Source: a virus. From it: DNA of 64,000 bases. The stretch is from IMG/VR virus record IMGVR_UViG_3300009678_000001; one strand, given 5' to 3'. The notes beneath the pieces were generated by a model. The model saw only the letters and a list, made by a program, of their open reading frames with translations, made no database searches and had not been told where the DNA came from. Below are positions 55,499-61,977 of this stretch, piece after piece. The translations under genes and the position numbers were made by a program. Position 1 is the first letter of the stretch. Each line of letters opens with the position of its first letter.

Positions 55499-55722
55499 AC
55501 ATTAATAAAAACAATTTCTAAAAGCGTTTCTTTCACAATCCCGCTACGCAAATCAGATTGCGGCCAAAACATTGCATCCATTTGACTTCTAAAACGGTTG
55601 TTAACTTGCGCACTAATTTTGTCAAGAATAAACCATTCAGTTTTTTGAATTTCTACTCCGACGCTGTTGTGAACGCTGTTTTCTACTTTATTAAGCCGCA
55701 CTGACAAATCGTCCATTTTCAT
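55495..55722 (-). CDS. hypothetical protein
   Basis: 75 aa, overlaps the rIIB-like gene end by 32 nt. Confidence 0.5.
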   Translation of the reverse strand: MKMDDLSVRLNKVENSVHNSVGVEIQKTEWFILDKISAQVNNRFRSQMDAMFWPQSDLRSGIVKETLLEIVFINV

Positions 55723-56596
55723 CGCGCTTATTGTAATAAGTCACCTTAACCTTACCAAGCTTGTTTTTTTCGCTTGCAAACCTGCCAAAGGAGTCGCGCT
55801 TAGGGTTGAAAGCTTTAAGCCTGTTCCCTGTCACTTTACCAGAATACAGCCTTTCTGTCAAGATGTTGCCATTTTCCCATTTTCCAACCACCGAAACAGG
55901 AAGATATCTCCAAGCTCTGCCTTTGGACTTATTTAAATCTTGCGGGATTGCAACAACATCCATTGGATTAACTTTGACAACAACAACTTTAGTTTTGTTG
56001 TTTATAATACCCCCATAATAAGGCAAATAGGAATAAGAACAAAAATGTAGCCCATTTGAACAAAGCCTGATTCTGCTTGGGTCTACTTCATTGGGGTCCA
56101 TTTTGACAATCTTGCCAATAGCATGTTTCAAATGAGTGCCATCAGGAGACTTGTTATAGGAAGTCATGTCTTCTCTCAGCATCTTATAAGCAAGAAAACA
56201 CCCGTCATCAGTAATAGGCATCTCTCCATTTTCAAGAAAATCGTACAGTTCGTTTCGTGCATCTTCTGAAGGATTTTTATAGAGATTAGCCAAAAACCTC
56301 ACATAAGGTTCATAAGGGAAACCTCCTTGGACAAACTGTAAAATGCGCTTAACCAAGGTCCCATGAATTTCCTGTCCGTCATAATAAATCGCGCCGCTGT
56401 GGACTTTCACTTTGCCGTAGCTATGCTTTAGGATAGCGCCGGGAAGGTCCATTGCTTCAATCAGCTTCTTGTAATTCTTCTGTCTGTAAAACTCAAGAGC
56501 CTTTTGCCAATTTGGGTGGGTTGAATTGATGGAGTGCCGTTTACCATCTACCACCACAACCAGCACGTTGCCGTTAAAAATTGCTGAAACGTTCAT
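55691..56596 (-). CDS. rIIB: rIIB-like protein
   Basis: 301 aa. Blocks VVVDGKRHSINSTHPNWQKALE, GAIYYDGQEIHGTLVKRIL, YVRFLANLYKNPS, DDGCFLAYK, SNGLHFCSYSY and VVKVNPMDVVAIP parallel T4 rIIB as I recall it. Lies near an rIIA-like gene. Confidence 0.65.
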   Translation of the reverse strand: MNVSAIFNGNVLVVVVDGKRHSINSTHPNWQKALEFYRQKNYKKLIEAMDLPGAILKHSYGKVKVHSGAIYYDGQEIHGTLVKRILQFVQGGFPYEPYVRFLANLYKNPSEDARNELYDFLENGEMPITDDGCFLAYKMLREDMTSYNKSPDGTHLKHAIGKIVKMDPNEVDPSRIRLCSNGLHFCSYSYLPYYGGIINNKTKVVVVKVNPMDVVAIPQDLNKSKGRAWRYLPVSVVGKWENGNILTERLYSGKVTGNRLKAFNPKRDSFGRFASEKNKLGKVKVTYYNKRDENGRFVSAA

Positions 56597-56603
56597 ATTT
56601 TTA

Positions 56604-56631
56604 ATTGTATTAAAAATTTTTAAAATGTCAA
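56604..56631 (-). promoter_or_regulatory. class I promoter
   Basis: TTGACA-16-TACAAT, 7 nt to the ATG at 56596. Confidence 0.6.
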
Positions 56632-56654
56632 TGCTCCAAAGCCGCAGGGCTTAA
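56632..56654 (-). repeat. ISL element (perfect-stem variant)
   Basis: TTAAGCCCTGCGGCTTTGGAGCAT abuts TTGACA. Confidence 0.75.
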
Positions 56655-56663
56655 CCTTTTTTT

Positions 56664-56682
56664 AAAACGCCGGAGGGGCTAA
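56664..56682 (-). repeat. ISL element (tandem partner)
   Basis: TTAGCCCCTCCGGCGTTTT begins with the TAG stop of 56679..56861. Confidence 0.65.
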
Positions 56683-56861
56683 AAAATGTCAAAAGTTTGG
56701 TCCCAAATACGGTCCAAAACTTGGTCTGCAACTTCATCTCTAAATTCACTAATGTCCCAAATTATAAGCGCAATCTGGCCCTTCACACTCCCCTCAACTT
56801 GGTCCGCTATTTGTCTTACGAGTGTGTCTTTAATTTTTTGGACCTTGTTATTTACTCTCAT
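56679..56861 (-). CDS. QVWD-repeat family micro-protein (divergent)
   Basis: 60 aa. ..VRQIADQVEGSVKGQIALIIWDISEFRDEVADQVLDRIWDQTFD. Confidence 0.5.
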   Translation of the reverse strand: MRVNNKVQKIKDTLVRQIADQVEGSVKGQIALIIWDISEFRDEVADQVLDRIWDQTFDIF

Positions 56862-57078
56862 AAAAAATCTGGTTCCAATGGTTTAGAAGGTATTCCCAAA
56901 TTGGGTCTGCAACATCCTCAATCGTAAGTGCAATACTGTCTCTTTGGTCCCAAATCAGGTCTCTTACTGACTGCCCAACGTGGCTTACAATTTGGTCAAC
57001 AAGGTGGTCGTCAGATTCATGAATTCGATTTCTAATTTGATAAAGAGTTTCGCTCTCAATTTTGGTTAAATATATCAT
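56848..57078 (-). CDS. QVWD-repeat family micro-protein (divergent)
   Basis: 76 aa. ..YQIRNRIHESDDHLVDQIVSHVGQSVRDLIWDQRD..ADPIWEYLLNHWNQI. Confidence 0.5.
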   Translation of the reverse strand: MIYLTKIESETLYQIRNRIHESDDHLVDQIVSHVGQSVRDLIWDQRDSIALTIEDVADPIWEYLLNHWNQIFYESK

Positions 57079-59180
57079 TTTTCCCTTATATAAGCCAAAA
57101 GGTCTTTTTGAATGTCTTCTTCCTCTTTCTCAAAACCGTAACTTTCCATTGCGTGTTTGATATAAGAATACAAAGGATAGTGTTTTAAAACATCGCTCTT
57201 AAGGCTCGCAAAATCAACACTGGGCGTTTTAGTGCTTTCAGTCGCAAGCATGAAACCTTTCTTTGCCGAATTAATTACATTAATAATAGCAAGTTTTTGG
57301 CGTGCCTTTTTGGAAGCAACCTCTAGCTTAATATAGGCTCTCAAAAGCTCCGCAAAGGGAGAATCTTTTTTCACGCCAGACCATTTATACTCGCCCAAAT
57401 AACTTTCCTCTATGCTGTCAAAAGCCTCTTTGTCTGCAATAAGCTGAGAAAGGTCTTCTTTGGCTATAGTCGCCTCAACCGCTTGAATTAAGTAATCCTT
57501 AAGAGTAACCCATTCGCTCAAATCTTCTTTAGCCACCAAAGCTTTCTTAAAACCATAGACTACAGGAACAGGATAATTAAGAGAACGTAAGGTGTCTAAA
57601 ACCGACTGAATAAATTTTGACCGTTTTTTGTCGTTTTCTTCCCAACAAACTTCATACCTGTCAATTTCAACATAGACCCCGCCCTCTTCAAGGTCTACTT
57701 CTGCAATATCCCAAAAATCACTTTTAGCCCTGCCATCAGGATTAAATACAAAGACCTTTTTGGAATTCTTCTCATTATTACCATTATAGGTATTGGGGGG
57801 CACAGGAAGCTCTTTAACCGACTTAAGTTGGGGAACCAAGTCTTCAAGCCCCATCTCTTTAAGTAGTAGCTCCCGATATTCGGGCTTAGTTGCCACAATC
57901 ATCCAAACATATTCACAATAAGTTTCTTTAAAATGATAGGAAACCCTGCTCTTACACCTTGTTGCGTCTTTAATGTAGACTTGCAAGTCTTTCTTAAAAG
58001 GCAATCTGTCTACAATCTCTAAAGATACCTTTTTGCGCCCGTTCCTATACCAACGCTCAATGAAAACATCATTGGGCTGTAGATTATTACGCTTATAAAA
58101 GTCTTCAGGAACCATAAAGTTAGTCCCCTTGACAGACTGACCGCCAAACTGAAGGTCTAAACCCTCAATAATATAGCGCAAGTTGCTGCTATAAGCTCCA
58201 TCTAGAAACAAATCAGCCCAAATTTCTCTGGCGTTCCAAAGAGTTCTGGCACTGGCAAATTTAGCCTTTACCGTCTCTTCAAATCCACCAATAATTTCTC
58301 GACATAAAAGCAAAATAGCATTCTTGGTCTTATCTGTATATTGTAAACCTTCCCGATTAACCGCAATATCAAGGTCGCCAATATTAAAATGAAACACTAA
58401 ACCAGACTGAAGAAGACGTTCTAGTTTAGCATCAAGACTGGTAAAAACACTGGCGCGAATGGGATATGCAACCTGCCCCATTACCGCATAAGAAGTGGTT
58501 TGATTCTTATACATCACCCAATTCTTACCACTAAAAGCCTCTTCCAGTGGAATTTGGTTATAGTAACGATTCCCTATAATTTTTGGCGCAACCTTCCAAA
58601 ACCTAAAAACATCCTGTGCTTTTAGTCGAAATTCTTCAAAATCAAATTCATTAACAGGGACAATAATTTCAATCCCATCTGGCTCTTCAGTGGGGCTTTT
58701 ATCCATTTGGGCAATACGCCCTTCCTGTGAAGGGTCAATGAAAGCAGTGTAAGTAGTCTTAACGCCTTCCTGATAACTTACAATAGAAAAACTGTCCCCG
58801 TAAGCAAAACCCGACTTGGAACCAATCCCCAACATCCCAATAGTCGCATTGGAATTTCTTTTCGTTGATTTGCAATACTTTACATAGGTATTGGTTACAT
58901 CTTCATCGCTGAGGCCAGTCCCAAAATCGCGCACTCGAAACTCTGGTTCCAAAACATTAGGCAAGTGAACTTGGATAGGAAGGTCCCCTTTTCCAGCCTC
59001 TACATTAGCGTCATAAGCATTACAGCTATATTCCCTGATAACAGCCTTGGTCTTATCCTCATAAAGACTGTTCCGTAGAATATGAAAAAGCATTGAAAAG
59101 TCTTGGGCATCAATCCCAAAACTATTCACTTTCAAATCACCTTCTGTTTCAAGAATCCGGCTCTGTTGTGTTAAAATCAT
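57075..59180 (-). CDS. rIIA: rIIA-like protein (N-terminal GHKL/HATPase_c domain)
   Basis: 701 aa. N-box VIREYSCNAYDAN, G1 VRDFGTGLS, G2 GMLGIGSKSGFAYGDSFSIVSY, DGIEIIVPV. Size and block order parallel T4 rIIA. Confidence 0.78.
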   Translation of the reverse strand: MILTQQSRILETEGDLKVNSFGIDAQDFSMLFHILRNSLYEDKTKAVIREYSCNAYDANVEAGKGDLPIQVHLPNVLEPEFRVRDFGTGLSDEDVTNTYVKYCKSTKRNSNATIGMLGIGSKSGFAYGDSFSIVSYQEGVKTTYTAFIDPSQEGRIAQMDKSPTEEPDGIEIIVPVNEFDFEEFRLKAQDVFRFWKVAPKIIGNRYYNQIPLEEAFSGKNWVMYKNQTTSYAVMGQVAYPIRASVFTSLDAKLERLLQSGLVFHFNIGDLDIAVNREGLQYTDKTKNAILLLCREIIGGFEETVKAKFASARTLWNAREIWADLFLDGAYSSNLRYIIEGLDLQFGGQSVKGTNFMVPEDFYKRNNLQPNDVFIERWYRNGRKKVSLEIVDRLPFKKDLQVYIKDATRCKSRVSYHFKETYCEYVWMIVATKPEYRELLLKEMGLEDLVPQLKSVKELPVPPNTYNGNNEKNSKKVFVFNPDGRAKSDFWDIAEVDLEEGGVYVEIDRYEVCWEENDKKRSKFIQSVLDTLRSLNYPVPVVYGFKKALVAKEDLSEWVTLKDYLIQAVEATIAKEDLSQLIADKEAFDSIEESYLGEYKWSGVKKDSPFAELLRAYIKLEVASKKARQKLAIINVINSAKKGFMLATESTKTPSVDFASLKSDVLKHYPLYSYIKHAMESYGFEKEEEDIQKDLLAYIREK

Positions 59181-59186
59181 GACTTC

Positions 59187-59214
59187 AGAATACCAAATCT
59201 TTTTTGTGACGCAA
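59187..59214 (-). promoter_or_regulatory. class I promoter
   Basis: TTGCGT-16-TATTCT, 6 nt to the ATG at 59180. Confidence 0.6.
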
Positions 59215-59239
59215 GAATTTTTTAAAAAATTTTTAAAAT

Positions 59240-59410
59240 TTATCGGGAACTAATTCGAAAAACATTGGGAGACCGCTTAGACTGCTTGGAAATAGCTTGA
59301 ATGTGTTCTTGCGCAAGGCTCTTCCCCTCGGAAGTATTGGGAAAAGCGCCTTGAATTGTGTTATCTTGTTTATCTAGAACAAGTAACATCTTTTTTTTAC
59401 TCTTTTTCAT
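59240..59410 (-). CDS. hypothetical basic micro-protein
   Basis: 56 aa from the internal ATG (MKKSKKKMLLVLDKQ..). Overlaps the upstream stop by 14 nt. Confidence 0.45.
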   Translation of the reverse strand: MKKSKKKMLLVLDKQDNTIQGAFPNTSEGKSLAQEHIQAISKQSKRSPNVFRISSR

Positions 59411-59648
59411 TACAAAGTCTACTAAACCACTCGATAATCTCAAAACCAATTTTATCAAGCTCGCGCTGTTCCATCTGGCACTTTCCTATCAGAGTTTCAA
59501 GTTGTTTGGCTTTCTTTTTAGCCTCTCGCGGACTTATATTATCTTCTTCGGGTTTGATTTTATTAATTTCCCGTTCAAGAAAATCAATACTCTTGTTTAG
59601 TTCATCAAGTTTCTTTAATATTTGTTTGGCTTCTAAGACCTTTTTCAT
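59397..59648 (-). CDS. coiled-coil small protein
   Basis: 83 aa from the ATG, Lys/Glu-rich heptad-like sequence. Confidence 0.55.
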   Translation of the reverse strand: MKKVLEAKQILKKLDELNKSIDFLEREINKIKPEEDNISPREAKKKAKQLETLIGKCQMEQRELDKIGFEIIEWFSRLCNEKE

Positions 59649-59691
59649 CAATACCTTTTTTTTGTTACAAGGTATTATAATTATCTTAGAT

Positions 59692-59916
59692 TTAGTTTTC
59701 TATCTTTTCTTGAAAACAAGTATTAATTTTATCGCCTATAAGAATCTGGCTCTCCTGTCTCATTAAAAACATTGCTTCCTCTCCATCAGTTGTTGTTCCG
59801 TTCATTAAGCTAATATTTAAATCTTTAGACATGTCTACCTGTTGGCGAATTGATGTAGCTATGTCTACGAAAACCCTTTCTGATAAGCTTCCTTGAACAT
59901 AAGTTATGTGAAACAT
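59692..59916 (-). CDS. hypothetical protein
   Basis: 74 aa. Confidence 0.55.
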   Translation of the reverse strand: MFHITYVQGSLSERVFVDIATSIRQQVDMSKDLNISLMNGTTTDGEEAMFLMRQESQILIGDKINTCFQEKIEN

Positions 59917-59923
59917 AAAATAA

Positions 59924-59961
59924 GAAAAACAAGCACAAATTTCTTTATGCTTGTTTTTTTG
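59924..59961. terminator. bidirectional intrinsic terminator
   Basis: AAAAA-CAAGCA-12 nt loop-TGCTTG-TTTTTTT. T-rich sequence follows the stem on both strands. Confidence 0.65.
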
Positions 59962-59980
59962 CTCTTAATTTTAATTTGAT

Positions 59981-60292
59981 TCAGTCCGCCACTTTCCGAA
60001 CCATTTCTTGGAAGTAATCGTACTCCCGAACCCTGCCCACTTCCCACAACCCCTTATCAAGAGTGATAGGGGCGTGCTCTTCATGGACAACGGTCGCTGA
60101 CTTTTCCAGAGAGAGAAGAATTCTCTCGCCTTCCTGAATCAGTTCAAACTCGTCCTCTGCTTCGAGAATGTGACTGTGACCAGACTCGCCATGTGCTACC
60201 ACATAATGTCTTAGTTTTGTGACCTTGGCTTCCTTGGAAGGAGGTTGGGTCACCCTTTTGAACAGAACGTCGCCTTGTTGTGCGGTTTTCAT
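59981..60292 (-). CDS. hypothetical protein (conserved phage GDV..HGESGHSH type)
   Basis: 103 aa. QQGDVLFKRV..VVAHGESGHSHILE. Confidence 0.6.
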   Translation of the reverse strand: MKTAQQGDVLFKRVTQPPSKEAKVTKLRHYVVAHGESGHSHILEAEDEFELIQEGERILLSLEKSATVVHEEHAPITLDKGLWEVGRVREYDYFQEMVRKVAD

Positions 60293-60305
60293 ATATTGTT
60301 TCTCT

Positions 60306-60333
60306 ATTATATTACAGCTTTTTAAAAAGTCAA
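60306..60333 (-). promoter_or_regulatory. class I promoter (13-nt leader)
   Basis: TTGACT-16-TATAAT. Confidence 0.55.
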
Positions 60334-60335
60334 GC

Positions 60336-61355
60336 CTAGGTTAATTTCTCTGCATTCGTAAACCAATTACTGTTGCGCCATTTAAGGGCCGCTTCAATCG
60401 TGCTACATTCAGGGGCTACGCCCTCCAAATGCCACACTCCAACTGAAGGATTAAGCATCTTAAGATATTTGGCGTTTGGAACAACGTCTGATAAATTGAC
60501 ACTAAGAAGCTCATAGTTGCCAAGCTTTTCCAAAACCTTATGACTTAAGCTTACCAACATGCGCTCAATTCCAATTTTGCGAATTAGCTCTCTCCGCTTG
60601 TCCACATTGGTTTCTTTTAAAACTTCTTTGGGATTGAGTTTTTCCGCAGGAGTTAAAACCTGTTTTGGGGACATAGCTATTCCATTCAGGAAATAAAGCT
60701 TCCAACCATCAGAATATTCAACCGCTGGAGCTTCATCTTTGTGAAGTCGCCCTTCGCTATTGCGCCAAATTTGGGTTGGCTTGCTGGTAACAATGAGGCA
60801 GCTATCAGTAGGGTAAAAAAGGCCCAAATCCGCGCAAGCTTCAAGCTTATCGTAGTTTTTCATAACTTCAGCGTCAAATTTAACTCCAATCATCTTGTAG
60901 GCGCTTACCCACCCAAAATAATTGGAATAAAAATGACCATCAAAGTAGGGCCAGACAAAAAGCTTAATGGTATTTTTGAGCTTTGTAATAAGGTCCTCTT
61001 CTGAAAGAGGATTTTTGGACTTGAAAGTTATTTGGCTATTAATCTGTTCCCAAGTTGTTTCAAACAAGCCCCGCAAATTCTTATTTATCTCACTAAAACT
61101 GGGGCGCTTTGGATTCCAGTTTTCATAGCCCCCCTCACTCAAAAGGCAAAAGGCAATCCAACCGCCAAAAGGACTAGAAACATGAATGACGGGGTTTTTC
61201 TTGCCCAAAATTTGCTCGCTCCATTCGCCTCCTAGCCTTTGTGCTTCGCTGGTTGGAACTTGGCGACAGTCAAGCGCCCTGTCCCGCCAGTAATTCTTGA
61301 TTTCCTCAAGTTTTTTGACTTGTTCGTCAGTTAGTTTTTCGATTTTATCTGCCAT
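60336..61355 (-). CDS. hypothetical protein
   Basis: 339 aa, no recognised motif. Confidence 0.7.
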   Translation of the reverse strand: MADKIEKLTDEQVKKLEEIKNYWRDRALDCRQVPTSEAQRLGGEWSEQILGKKNPVIHVSSPFGGWIAFCLLSEGGYENWNPKRPSFSEINKNLRGLFETTWEQINSQITFKSKNPLSEEDLITKLKNTIKLFVWPYFDGHFYSNYFGWVSAYKMIGVKFDAEVMKNYDKLEACADLGLFYPTDSCLIVTSKPTQIWRNSEGRLHKDEAPAVEYSDGWKLYFLNGIAMSPKQVLTPAEKLNPKEVLKETNVDKRRELIRKIGIERMLVSLSHKVLEKLGNYELLSVNLSDVVPNAKYLKMLNPSVGVWHLEGVAPECSTIEAALKWRNSNWFTNAEKLT

Positions 61356-61387
61356 ATTTTTTTAAGTTGTTCTCTAAATCTGTAGCT

Positions 61388-61415
61388 ATGGTAACAAAAC
61401 TTTTTGAAATGTCAA
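61388..61415 (-). promoter_or_regulatory. class I promoter (32-nt leader)
   Basis: TTGACA-16-TACCAT. The upstream TGA stop lies inside the -35 box. Confidence 0.5.
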
Positions 61416-61606
61416 CAGTTTAGAAATTTTGAGCTTTCGTCCCAAATTTGTTCTGAAATTTGTTCCCAAGCGTCTTCAAGTCGAAAAAACTTCTCGTTCG
61501 CTATAATTTGGCTCCGAATTTGGAGATGAACTTGGTTATAAATTTCTCCTCCAATCAAACTCCGAAGTTCTATAATTTTAGTCGTCATCTGGTTCAAACG
61601 GTTCAT
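61412..61606 (-). CDS. QVWD-repeat family micro-protein (divergent)
   Basis: 64 aa. ..GGEIYNQVHLQIRSQIIANE..DAWEQISEQIWDE. Confidence 0.5.
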   Translation of the reverse strand: MNRLNQMTTKIIELRSLIGGEIYNQVHLQIRSQIIANEKFFRLEDAWEQISEQIWDESSKFLNC

Positions 61607-61628
61607 ATATTCAAGCGCCGAGAGACTA
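61607..61628 (-). repeat. ISL element (variant)
   Basis: TAGTCTCTCGGCGCTTGAATAT-ATG. Confidence 0.65.
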
Positions 61629-61811
61629 TGTTGTTTTTGTGTTCATAACCGCAACTTGTTCCAAAATTGGGTTCCAAATTTGGTCCCTAAATTGGTCCCG
61701 CATTGGAGTCCAAACTTGGTACCTAAATTGGTTCTTAATTTGGTCCCCAACTTGGTTATTAATTTTATCCCAAATTTGGTCCCCCATAATCTGAATTTTA
61801 GTATTAGCCAT
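61626..61811 (-). CDS. QVWD-repeat family micro-protein
   Basis: 61 aa. IMGDQIWDKINNQVGDQIKNQFRYQVWTPMRDQFRDQIWNPILEQV. Confidence 0.6.
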   Translation of the reverse strand: MANTKIQIMGDQIWDKINNQVGDQIKNQFRYQVWTPMRDQFRDQIWNPILEQVAVMNTKTT

Positions 61812-61827
61812 AACTCTGGTTTCTTTA

Positions 61828-61977
61828 CTAAGGGCTTAGTGTCTCCCTAAAAACTTGGTTCCAAAGCTGGTCCTCAATTTGGTGCTTGATTCGGTTTTCT
61901 ATTGTGTCAATAACTTTCCCAACTTGGTCCCAAACTTGGCTCCTAGCTTGATTCCAAAAAGCATGAGATATAATCAT
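61828..61977 (-). CDS. QVWD-repeat family micro-protein
   Basis: 49 aa from the ATG in an ATGA overlap with the upstream stop. MIISHAFWNQARSQVWDQVGKVIDTIENRIKHQIEDQLWNQV. Confidence 0.55.
   Translation of the reverse strand: MIISHAFWNQARSQVWDQVGKVIDTIENRIKHQIEDQLWNQVFRETLSP

Noticed and set aside
59356-59766. Plus-strand ORFs of 80-136 aa opposite 59240..59916
   Set aside because: They are low-complexity Ser/Leu/Phe-rich antisense translations of Lys/Glu-rich minus-strand genes, in a region with no plus-strand signals.
27012-61628. ISL elements as integron attC sites / gene cassettes in the strict sense
   Set aside because: The elements are about 22 nt, far shorter than attC sites (tens to over 100 nt with R/L boxes). 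No integron integrase or attI is present, and most genes carry their own promoters. The cassette analogy is kept only as a loose model.
27012-61628. ISL hairpins as N4-type single-stranded hairpin promoters for a virion RNA polymerase
   Set aside because: The stem length (5-7 bp), 3-nt loop and about 11 nt distance to the ATG are reminiscent of N4 early promoters. However, no giant vRNAP or T7-like RNAP gene is in the window. The loop sequence varies (TGC, CTC, CTGC), so no consistent central purine exists on one strand. Many copies also sit downstream of ordinary sigma70-type promoters. TSS mapping would be needed to revive the idea.
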